A DNA stretch of 64,000 bases, from positions 6,656,259-6,720,258 of the forward strand of contig JASGKS010000001.1 of the NCBI GenBank assembly GCA_047600485.1, given 5' to 3'. Origin of the DNA: Archangium sp. Its GTDB lineage: Bacteria; Myxococcota; Myxococcia; Myxococcales; Myxococcaceae. Below the pieces are notes generated by a model, which was not told the DNA's origin, did no database searches, and saw only the letters and a list, made by a program, of their open reading frames with translations. This document shows, piece after piece, positions 38,731-47,400 of the stretch. The stretch's first letter is position 1. Each line of letters begins with the position of its first letter. The translations under genes and the position numbers were made by a program.

Positions 38731-40595
38731 CTGCGCTGCTCTCTCGCCGGGACGATCGCTGCCTCTCGGACCTCACGATGGATCGCTTTCTCCTCGGAGA
38801 GACGAGCGACTCCGACGAGGGCCGCATGCTCGAGCGTCACCTCGCGTGGTGCTCGAACTGCCTCGCGCGCGTGCAGTCGCTGCGCACGCTCTACGCGCAC
38901 GCCGACATGCCGGAAGTGACTGATCAGCCGGCGCCGGTTCCCACTCCGGGGCCGATGCCCGCGCAGCGCGCCGATGCGGTGAGCGGCGTGCTCGAGCTGG
39001 TGCTGATGCGCGACGGGTTGCTCATCGGCACCGAGGTGTTCACGCCGGGCACGTGGTGCGTGGGCTCGGGCCCGCGCGCGAACTTGAAGCTCGACGCCAA
39101 AGGAGTGGCCGCCGAGCACGCGAAGCTCTCGTTCCGCAACGACCGCGTGATCATCGAGCGATTGCAGGGGCCGGTGTTGGTGAATGGGTATCGCGTGGAG
39201 CGCAGTGAGGTTCGGCCGATCGACGAGATCATCGTCGGGCCGTTCGTCATCCGCTCGCGGGTGATCAGTGGTCGGTGGTCGGAAGAATCTGCGCCGCCCA
39301 GCAAGCTCGCGGTGACTCGCCCGATTCGCGCGCTGCCGGTCGTGGAGGTCGAGGACGAGACGCAGCTCGTCACGGTTCCGGCGCAGGCTGCTCCGGTCGC
39401 TCCGGTGGCGCCGGCTGGTGCGGTTGCGGCGCTGCGACTCGATCTCTACTGGGGTGACGCACTGCAGGCGTCCGAGTTGGTGGCGGGCAACGTGCCGACG
39501 TCGGCATTCCCCGCGTTCGCGCCTGGTCGTGAGCCGAGCGCCGCGGCCGTCGCAGGTGGCTACCGACTCTGTGTTCCCGGTGCGCGCGTCGAGGTGTTGC
39601 GGAACGGGAATTGGATCAACGCTGGCGACGAGCTGCTCCTCGCCGATGGAGAACGCGCGCGTGTCATCGACGGTGCGCTGCGTCTCGAAGCGCGTCTGCA
39701 AGTTGCGCCGGCACTCGTGCCGCCGAAGCCGAAGACCGAGTTTCTGCGCGGCGGTTTCGTTCCGGCGCTGTCGTTCTTGATGCTCGGCCTCTTCGTCTTC
39801 GCCGGAGTCGCCAGCGGCATGGAGCCGGAGGACAGCTTCGAGCCGAAGAGCACGGCGAAGCTGTCGGTGTACATGGTGCCTCCGCCGCCGAAGACGAAGA
39901 TCGAGGTGCCGAAGAACACGGCGCCCGAACGTGGCGACGTTCAGCCGAAGTCACCGGTGAAGCGCACGCCTGCTGCTGCGCCGCCTGCGAAGAATCCTCC
40001 GCCGCACCTCGCGGGCCTCGCGGGCATGAGCAAGGTGATGGAGCAGATCAACAAGCTGAAGAACTCCACGCTCCCCACGGGGCCGGGCAAGGGAGCGAAG
40101 CAGCCTGATCTCTTCGCGGGACTGGGAAAGATTGGCGGGAAGAACGGGGTGGGCTTCGGTCTTGGGCCTGACAGCGCGACGGGTATCGGCGCGACGGGCC
40201 TGAAGGGCACGGGCGAGATGAAGGCGGGGCGCACCGGCAAGGGTCGCGTGGGTGGCACGCTGGTCGGGCCCGTGTCGCGTGACGCGGTGGCGCTCAAGGG
40301 AACGATCGATCGCGACGCGGTGGCGAAGGTCATCAACGAGCACCTCGCGGAAGTGTCGGCTTGTTACGAGCGCGGGCTGCTGACGCACCCTGGGCTGAAC
40401 GGAAAGCTCGGCTACGAGTGGGTCATCGGGCTCGGCGGTGAAGTGACGAGCGTGAAGATGAAGGCCGGGACGATGAAGGACGCCGGCGTCGCGAGCTGCG
40501 TGGGCAATGCCATCAAGAAGTGGAAGTTCCCGAAGCCGCGCGGTGGGCAGGTGACGATCAGCTACCCGTTCATGTTCCAGGCGCGCGATTTCTGA
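38727..40595 (+). CDS. anti-sigma factor fused to FHA domain, TM segment, Pro-rich linker and AgmX/PglI-type C-terminal domain
   Basis: 4-nt overlap with the sigma stop. zf-HC2 motif HLAWCSNC. FHA core (WCVGSGPRANLKLDAKGVAAEHAKLSFRNDRVIIERLQGPVLVNG). TM (FVPALSFLMLGLFVFAGVA). Pro-rich linker. The C-terminal block VSRDAVALKGTIDRDAVAKVINEHLAEVSACYERGL..SYPFMFQA is homologous to the C-terminus of the 1019..2449 gene (AgmX/PglI domain). Confidence 0.7.
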   Translation: MTALLSRRDDRCLSDLTMDRFLLGETSDSDEGRMLERHLAWCSNCLARVQSLRTLYAHADMPEVTDQPAPVPTPGPMPAQRADAVSGVLELVLMRDGLLIGTEVFTPGTWCVGSGPRANLKLDAKGVAAEHAKLSFRNDRVIIERLQGPVLVNGYRVERSEVRPIDEIIVGPFVIRSRVISGRWSEESAPPSKLAVTRPIRALPVVEVEDETQLVTVPAQAAPVAPVAPAGAVAALRLDLYWGDALQASELVAGNVPTSAFPAFAPGREPSAAAVAGGYRLCVPGARVEVLRNGNWINAGDELLLADGERARVIDGALRLEARLQVAPALVPPKPKTEFLRGGFVPALSFLMLGLFVFAGVASGMEPEDSFEPKSTAKLSVYMVPPPPKTKIEVPKNTAPERGDVQPKSPVKRTPAAAPPAKNPPPHLAGLAGMSKVMEQINKLKNSTLPTGPGKGAKQPDLFAGLGKIGGKNGVGFGLGPDSATGIGATGLKGTGEMKAGRTGKGRVGGTLVGPVSRDAVALKGTIDRDAVAKVINEHLAEVSACYERGLLTHPGLNGKLGYEWVIGLGGEVTSVKMKAGTMKDAGVASCVGNAIKKWKFPKPRGGQVTISYPFMFQARDF

Positions 40596-40601
40596 GTTGC
40601 T

Positions 40602-40647
40602 TGATGTGTATTCAGTAAGTGCTTTATCACTTACTGAATACACATCA
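40602..40647. repeat. perfect 20-bp inverted repeat hairpin (tgatgtgtattcagtaagtg-ctttat-cacttactgaatacacatca), AT-rich
   Basis: Immediately 3' of the anti-sigma gene stop. About 35% GC in a roughly 70% GC context. Its right arm overlaps the 14-mer direct repeat. Confidence 0.6.
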
Positions 40648-40675
40648 GGCAACGAAGTCCGAGAAGAGACCCGGC

Positions 40676-40885
40676 CCCCGCCACTGTCAGCGATGATGAC
40701 AGGGCCGAGGGGCACGTGCGGTTCTTGGCAGGGCATTCACACGTGACCCGACCGGCGGTCCACCCGGGCTTCTGTGAGTGCGGACCAACAACAGCACCAG
40801 GCGGAGGCAGTGGGCTCGGTGACCTGACGCACTGCCGACAATCGCGTCAGCCCCTCGGCCCTGTCACCATTGCTGACAGTGGCGG
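40676..40885. mobile_element. MITE-like element with 37-bp imperfect TIRs (ccgccactgtcagcgatgatgacagggccgaggggc / reverse complement) in an AT-richer intergenic island
   Basis: 35 of 37 TIR positions match. The tgtcagcgatg core motif is shared with the 25877 element. Flanked on both sides by the 14-mer acacatcaggcaac (about 40640 and 40944). Confidence 0.4.
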
Positions 40886-41018
40886 GAGGCGGGTGCCTTT
40901 TCAGACTCCGCTGCCTGATATGTTCTGAACAGGTAATAAATCACTCATTCACGACACATCAGGCAACTAAAGCAGGCCGAGATGATCCCTTCCAGCGAGT
41001 TCAGTAGAACGCCGCTCG

Positions 41019-42350
41019 ATGAACGCGCGCCTTCTCTTCCTCGGTGGAGTTCTCGTCTTCGGAGCGGTCTCGTGCGGCAAGGCGCCGAAGAAGGACTGCG
41101 ACGCTACGTCGTGTCCGGCCGGCTGCTGCGACCTCGACGGTGAATGCCAGGGCGGCACCCTGCGCGATGCGTGCGGAGCTCCCGGTGGTGTCTGCACGGT
41201 GTGCGGCGCTGATCAGCTCTGCTCGTTCGGCGTCTGCTTCGGTGGCAACACCAGCGGTGGCGGCACCGGCGGCGGAGCGACCGGCGGCGGTGGCGGCACG
41301 ACTGGCGGTGGCGGCACGACTGGCGGTGGCGGCACGACTGGCGGTGGCGGTGCGACGGGCGGTGGCGCGACGGGCGGCGGTGGAGCGACCGGCGGCGGCG
41401 GAGCAACGGGCGGTGGCGGAACGACCGGCGGTGGCGGAGCAACGGGCGGTGGCGGAACGACCGGCGGTGGCGGCTCGACCGGCGGTGGACCTCCGTCCTG
41501 CACGAACATCACCGGAGATCGCCGCACGCAGGTCTGCCTGCGCTGGACCTGCGACCGCGTGGACCTCGACGAAGGCACCTGGGGCGGCAACGTCGCCGCG
41601 TGCATGCCGGGCGATCTCACGCCGGCCGCGCGCGCGAACGCGGTGAAGCTGCTCAACACCTACCGCTTCATCGCCGGCCTGCCGCCAGTGACGAACTCGC
41701 CGACGCGTGACGCTCCGGCGCAAGACTGCGCGCTGATGATGGACGCGGCCAACGCGCTCTCGCACACGCCCGACGCCGGAGCGCCCTGCTACACGACCAC
41801 CGGCGCGATGGCGGCCGGCAGCAGCAACATCTCGAGCGCACGCGCCGTCGAATCCATCGACTACTACATGAGCGACTTCGGCAACTCGACGACCATGGGT
41901 CACCGCCGCTGGTTCTTGTCCAACCAACTCGGGCCCGTCGGCATCGGCGGCACGACCGACGCGAGCTGTCACTGGGTCATCGGCGGCAGCGGCACGGCCA
42001 GCATGCGCTTCGCTGCGTGGCCTCCGCCGGGCCCGGTGCCGCTGCAGGGCATCAACATTCCCAACGTCGGCACCGCGAACTCAGTCGATCGCACCGGGTG
42101 GACGGTGCAGACCTACGCGACGGCCGACAACCTCACCGACGCCGGCATCACCGTCACCGACCTCACCACCGACGCGGGGCTTCCGGTCACCATCAACCTG
42201 CTCGGCGCGAACTACGGCAGCCGCTTCGCGTTGCGCTTCGTGCCCAACGGGTGGACGTCGCAGGCCGGCCACAACTACGCGGTGAGCGTGAGCGGGCCGC
42301 TGCTCACGAATCCGATCAACTACGTGGTCGAGGTTGTGACCTGCCCCTGA
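41019..42350 (+). CDS. lipoprotein with N-terminal Cys-rich module, Gly/Thr tandem-repeat linker and C-terminal CAP (SCP/PR-1-like) domain
   Basis: Lipobox AVSCG. CPAGCCDLDGECQGG..CTVCGADQLCSFGVC module. About 15 GGGxT repeats. CAP-like signature region (..ANALSHTPDAG..MSDFGNSTTMGHRRWFLSN..ASCHWVIGG). Confidence 0.65.
   Translation: MNARLLFLGGVLVFGAVSCGKAPKKDCDATSCPAGCCDLDGECQGGTLRDACGAPGGVCTVCGADQLCSFGVCFGGNTSGGGTGGGATGGGGGTTGGGGTTGGGGTTGGGGATGGGATGGGGATGGGGATGGGGTTGGGGATGGGGTTGGGGSTGGGPPSCTNITGDRRTQVCLRWTCDRVDLDEGTWGGNVAACMPGDLTPAARANAVKLLNTYRFIAGLPPVTNSPTRDAPAQDCALMMDAANALSHTPDAGAPCYTTTGAMAAGSSNISSARAVESIDYYMSDFGNSTTMGHRRWFLSNQLGPVGIGGTTDASCHWVIGGSGTASMRFAAWPPPGPVPLQGINIPNVGTANSVDRTGWTVQTYATADNLTDAGITVTDLTTDAGLPVTINLLGANYGSRFALRFVPNGWTSQAGHNYAVSVSGPLLTNPINYVVEVVTCP
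41255..41485. repeat. in-frame 15-bp tandem repeat (about 15 units, ggcggtggcggnacgac-type) encoding a (GGGxT)n linker
   Basis: Runs of ggtggcggcacgactggc / ggtggcggagcaacgggc units. Coding, not CRISPR: there are no spacers and the units are contiguous. Confidence 0.8.
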
Positions 42351-42364
42351 GCTCGGTCCTGTTG

Positions 42365-42612
42365 CAGCAACTGCATTGAGGGACCGCAGGGCGCGGAGTG
42401 TCTCTGGCCGTGCACGACGCGAACAGCCCCTCGGCATCGAGCGAGTTCTGCGCACGTTCCGAGATCAGGGGTCGGGCTTGTTTTGGCTAGCCGGCTAGCC
42501 AGATCGGGACCGACGCCCCCACCCGCGCGGAATTGGGTCGAAGACCAGGGGCTGCTCGCGTCGTGCACGGCCAGAAACACGCCGAGCCCTGCGGTCCCTC
42601 AATGCAGTTGTC
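42365..42612. mobile_element. MITE-like element (about 248 bp) with roughly 65-bp TIRs of the ctggccgtgcacgacgcg family and a central perfect 20-bp palindrome ctggctagccggctagccag
   Basis: The left arm caactgcattgagggaccgcagggcgcggagtgtctctggccgtgcacgacgcgaacagcccctcg pairs with the right arm ccaggggctgctcgcgtcgtgcacggccagaaacacgccgagccctgcggtccctcaatgcagttg. It fills the whole gap between the convergent CAP and TPR genes. Confidence 0.4.
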
Positions 42613-42625
42613 GTGCGACGCGAGA

Positions 42626-43333
42626 CTACGCCTCGCACTCCGAGCGCTGATCCGTCAGCTCCCCCACCACCTCGAGCACGAGCTTCCCGTCAGCTCCGAG
42701 CTTCGCGCTCAGCGTCTTCTTCCCATCGAGCGGCGCCGACAGCGTGAGCGTCGCTTCACCAGTACTCGCGTTCACCTTGAACGTGCCGTTGTGCGTGACG
42801 ACCTTCACCTCGCCATCATCGGTCATCACCTTGCGCGAGAGCGTGAACGCGCCGCTCGGCAAGAAGTCGAGCTCCGCCATGTTGCCGTACGCACCGGGTG
42901 ACGGGCCGTACCACCTCACGGCCACCAACAACGCGCGCGCATCCGTCACCTTCGCCGGGTCCTTGCCCAACAACCGCTGATACCGGAGCGTGTCGCGAAT
43001 CGACTCCAGGTCCGCGTCGCTCTGCATGCGCTTGCGCCGGCCCTCGTCGAGCTTCACCGCCGCCTCGAGCTCATCGAGCACCGTCGACTGATACGCGTCG
43101 AACTCACACACCTTGTTCTGCTTGCGCATCAGCCCGAGCGTGCAGGCGAGGTTGTAGTGAGACAGTGCGTGGTTCGGATCCGCGGCAATCGCCGCGCGGA
43201 ACTTCTCGATCGCCTGCTCGTATTGCTTCGCCTTGTAGAGCTTGAAGCCCTCGGTGTTCAGCGACGCCGCGGGAGAAACAGGAACCGCCGGGGCTCCAGC
43301 CAGACACACACTCAACAGCAGCGCGAACGTCAC
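42626..43333 (-). CDS. secreted TPR-repeat protein
   Basis: Signal peptide. TPR-like helices (YKAKQYEQAIEKFRAAIAADPNHALSHYNLACTLGL). 235 aa. Confidence 0.55.
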   Translation of the reverse strand: MTFALLLSVCLAGAPAVPVSPAASLNTEGFKLYKAKQYEQAIEKFRAAIAADPNHALSHYNLACTLGLMRKQNKVCEFDAYQSTVLDELEAAVKLDEGRRKRMQSDADLESIRDTLRYQRLLGKDPAKVTDARALLVAVRWYGPSPGAYGNMAELDFLPSGAFTLSRKVMTDDGEVKVVTHNGTFKVNASTGEATLTLSAPLDGKKTLSAKLGADGKLVLEVVGELTDQRSECEA

Positions 43334-43396
43334 GCAGTCACCTCAGGGTTTGGAACTCGGAGACTGCGCGCGACATTCCGCCGACGTTCGGCGAAC

Positions 43397-44398
43397 TCAG
43401 CTCGGCTTCACACGCTCGAGAATCTGATCGACCAGCTTCACGCTGGTGAGGCCTTCGCTCTCGGCGGTGAAGTTCGGCAACACGCGGTGACGCAGCACCG
43501 GCCGCGCGAGCGCACGCACGTCGTCGACGGTGGCGGCGAAGCGACCGGCGAGCACCGCGCGGGCTTTCGCTCCGACCACGAGGTACTGCGACGCGCGCGG
43601 GCCAGCACCCCAGCTCACGTTGCGCGCCACGAAGTCGAGCGCACCCGGCTCCTTGGGACGCGTCGCGCGCGCGAGGTCGACCGCGAACTTCACGACGTGG
43701 TCGGGCACCGGCACCCGGCGCACGAGGTCCTGCAGCGCGAGAATCTGGTCGGGCGCCAGCACCTTGCTCAACGGAGCGCTCGGCCCACCCGTCGTCTGCT
43801 TCACGATCTGCACTTCCTCTTCCGCGCTCGGGTAGCCGACGTCGACGAGGAACATGAAACGGTCGAGCTGCGCCTCGGGCAGCGGGTACGTGCCTTCCTG
43901 CTCGATGGGGTTCTGCGTCGCGAACACCAGGAACGGCGGCTCCAGCGGCCAGGTGCGGCCCGACGCCGTCACGCGCTGTTCCTGCATCGCCTGCAGCAGC
44001 GCAGCCTGCGTCTTCGGCGGCGTGCGGTTCACCTCGTCGGCGAGCACGATGTTCGCGAACAGCGGGCCCTTCATGAACCGCAGCTCGCGGCGACCCGTGG
44101 CGCGGTCTTCCTCGAGAATGTCGGTGCCCGTGATGTCCGACGGCATCAGGTCGGGCGTGAACTGAATGCGGTTGAACGAGAGGTTCAACACCTCGGCCAG
44201 CGTGCTGATCAGCAGCGTCTTCGCCAGACCCGGCACGCCGACGAACAGGCAGTGCCCGCGCGAGAAGAGGCTGATCAACAGATGATCGACCACGTCGCGC
44301 TGACCGACCACGCGCTTCTCGATCTGCTCCACCACCTGCGACCGGGCCTTCGCCAGCGCCTCGACGGCCTTCAGGTCGTCACCGCTCACGTCACTCAT
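43397..44398 (-). CDS. MoxR-family AAA+ ATPase
   Basis: Walker A GVPGLAKT and Walker B LADEVNR. The 333-aa length and overall signature are typical of MoxR/RavA. Confidence 0.9.
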   Translation of the reverse strand: MSDVSGDDLKAVEALAKARSQVVEQIEKRVVGQRDVVDHLLISLFSRGHCLFVGVPGLAKTLLISTLAEVLNLSFNRIQFTPDLMPSDITGTDILEEDRATGRRELRFMKGPLFANIVLADEVNRTPPKTQAALLQAMQEQRVTASGRTWPLEPPFLVFATQNPIEQEGTYPLPEAQLDRFMFLVDVGYPSAEEEVQIVKQTTGGPSAPLSKVLAPDQILALQDLVRRVPVPDHVVKFAVDLARATRPKEPGALDFVARNVSWGAGPRASQYLVVGAKARAVLAGRFAATVDDVRALARPVLRHRVLPNFTAESEGLTSVKLVDQILERVKPS

Positions 44399-44417
44399 GC
44401 GCGAACGTCGTAACGCC

Positions 44418-47400
44418 TCACGGGTCGAACGTCACGAGGAAGGGAGTGAACACCGACGTCGGAGTGCCCGACGCCGGCAGCGTGCGCGCCGCGTTCACCA
44501 TGGTGCCAGCACCGTTGAAGTCGAGCACCGCGTGGAAGTGACTGGTGTCGTCACCGTCGTTCATCATGTTGTTGAAGTCGCTCTCTCCACCGCTCTGCCC
44601 GCCCGGGCCCTGCTGCCCGAGCAACGTGATGCTGCGGTGGAGTGGAACGGCCGTGAACGCCATGGTGTTCCCATTCGGGTTCCCGCTCGTGATGGTGATG
44701 TCGCTGAGCTGCGTCGCTGTGCCCAGCACCCCGCTGCCGCTGACGGGCAACGTCACCTTCGAGACGTTCATGGTGGCGATGGCGTCCGAAGTGCACACCG
44801 TCGGCGGAGTCGTCACGCCACCGCGACGGAACGTGCCGTTGCCGGAGTTGAAGCGCGCGCGCGTGATGCGCTTGCACATCACGTTGGGTTCGGTGGTGGT
44901 CGTGATCTGCGCGGTCATCAACAGGAACGCGTTGGTGCTCGCCGAGAGCGTCATGCCGTAGCTCGGGTTGCCCATGCCGCTGGTGGGAGCCGAGTTGGCG
45001 TGCACCACCGTCGAGCCCGCGAGGCTCACCACCTGGAAGCTCACGAAGCGGTTGGTGGCCGTACCGTTGGCGTCGAGCTGCACCTGCGTCGGGCTGTTCA
45101 GCTTGATGATGGGGAAGCCGTTGCCGTCGTTCTGGGCGCTCTCATAGGTGTTCGACATCAAGATGAACGAGTTGGCGAGCGGCGCCGAGCTCACCGTCTG
45201 CATCGCGGTCGAGCCGGTGAGGTTCACCCGGAAATGCTGCACGGTCGCTCCGAAGCCCGACGCGTAGTCGCGGCCGTACGACACCGTCTGCCACTTGATG
45301 TTCATCGTGCCGTTCGCCGTCTGCCGGTTGCACACCACGTTCACGCCGCTCGAGTTGTCGAGGTGGCACTCCACGTTCTGGTCACTCGCGTCGAGCGTGT
45401 TGCCCGCCTGCGAGGGCCGGCCCGTCGAGGTGATGATGAGGAACGTGCGCGAGATGTCGTCGTTCGGAATCGGCACGCCGATGGAGCACGGCAACGTCGC
45501 CACCGAAACCAGGTCACACGAGCCACGACGCACCAGCGGGTAGACGGTGAGCGAGAGCACTCCGTTGGTCGAGCCGGCCGTCGCGTCAGACGCGGTGAGG
45601 TTGGCGGTCGCCGCGGTGGTCGCTCCAGTCGGTGTCGCTGAGCGGCCGCGCACGTAGACGGTGGTCGAGTTCATGCCGTGCGGGATGGTGAGCGTCGCCG
45701 GAGCCGCCGCCGTGCAGTCACTCGACGTCGACAACGTGCCGCCCGTCGCCACGCTCGGCGTGACGATGGTGGTGCCGTTGTTCAGCACTGCGTTCGCGCC
45801 GTCGCGACGCTGAATCGTGTACTGCTGACACGCTCCGGCTTCGAGGTCGGCCGTGCCCGTCACCACGAAGGAACCGGCCGCTCCCGTCGGCGTCACCGTC
45901 TGGTTCGGAGCGGCGGTGAGCACGCCCGACGTCGCAGACACCGTCGACGAACCGCCGCCGGTCGCGAGCATGAAGAACTCGTTCGACGCGCTGAAGCCCG
46001 AGCTGATGGTGAAGTTCGAGATGACGCTGGTGCACGCCGCGTCGGAATAGAAGGTGAGGCCCGCTCCGGCCGTCGCGGTGGGCGTCACCACCGTGTCCGC
46101 CGCGGTCAGCGCGACGTTGTTCGCCGCATCGAGCGTCTGAATGATGCCCGCCGACACGCAACCAAAACGCGCCGGAGCCGCCGTCGGCGGCTGCTGCCAG
46201 TTGAGCTTCGCGACGGCGCCGGCCGTGACGTTCCACGACTGGTTGGCGCTCAACGTCGGCCCCGTGCCCGACGCCGTGATGGTGTGCATCGTCGCGGTCG
46301 CGGGGTTGAAGGTGAAGGTGCCGGTGGGGCTGGCCGAGGTGAGGTTGAAGGTGGTGCCGGACGGAAGACCGCACGCGGTGCGCGCGAAGAACGTCGCGGT
46401 CGCCGAGCTGCTGGTGGTGATGGTGTACGGCGACGACGGCAACACGGTGTTCATGAACGCGTCGCGCAGCTGCACCGTCAGCGACGCGCTGCACGAACCC
46501 GACGTCACCGAGCCCGCGGCGTTGCTGAAGAAGATTTCAATCGGCGCCGCGGCGTTGACGGTGGTCGTCGCGGTGCCGGTGAGCATCGGCGACATCGAGG
46601 TGGCGACGATGGTGGTCGTGGCCGGCGCCGTGGCCAGGGTCGCGCGCGCGAAGACCGGGTCGGTCGACACCGCGCTCCCGTTGGGGATGACCACGTTCGC
46701 GGTCGCCATCGCGCCGGCGCAGGTGGTCGGCGTCGACGAGAACGAGAAGCGCGGGCTGCTGAACGTCACCGACAAGGGCGGGTCAGCCACGATGTCGTTG
46801 GTGAAGTTGTCCTTGCGGTGCACGACGATGCTTTGCGCCGTGCAGGTGCCGGCGGTGTACATGGACGGCACGTTCTCGACGAGCAACACCGCGAGCGGGC
46901 CCGGGCTCACCGTCAGACCGAGCGTCAGCATCTGCCCCGCGAGCGTCAGCCCGAAGCTCGGCGTCGCGGCGATGGTCGAGCGCACGCTGAAGGTCTTCGA
47001 CGAATTGCCCGGAGTCACCGGCAAACTCGTCGTCTGCGCAGTGCCCGTGCAGTTGTTCGAGTCGAACGCCACGATGCTGCCGCTCGCGACCAGCGCCATG
47101 GTCGTGGTGCCACCGGGAATCGGCACGAGGTTGCCGAAGCTGTCACGCCGCTCGATGGTGACCGTCACGCAGGTGTTGGCCGCCACCGACGCCATGCCGC
47201 CGGTCGGCGCGACGAACGCGAGGTTCGGAGAAGCGGGGCTCACCGTGAGCGTCAATGTCGCCGTCTGTCCGCTCAGAATCGCAGACACGTTCTGCGGAGC
47301 AGGCCCGCCGGTCGGCGCCGAGGCGGTCGCCTTCACGTAGAAGGTCGCGCGCACGTCGTTCGCCGTGAGCGGGATGGTGGTGATGGCCGCCATCGAACAA

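Noticed and set aside
40715-40740. Sigma-54 promoter-like TTGGCAGGGCATTCA inside the MITE-like element
   Set aside because: The -24 GG is present but the obligatory GC of the -12 TTGC is missing (TTCA instead). It is treated as a chance match.
41255-41485. Regular 15-bp direct repeats that at first glance resemble a CRISPR array
   Set aside because: The units are contiguous with no spacers, sit inside an open reading frame and translate to a Gly/Thr linker. The 18-bp repeats at 53024-53160 (DAGTxQ) are rejected for the same reason. No cas genes are present.
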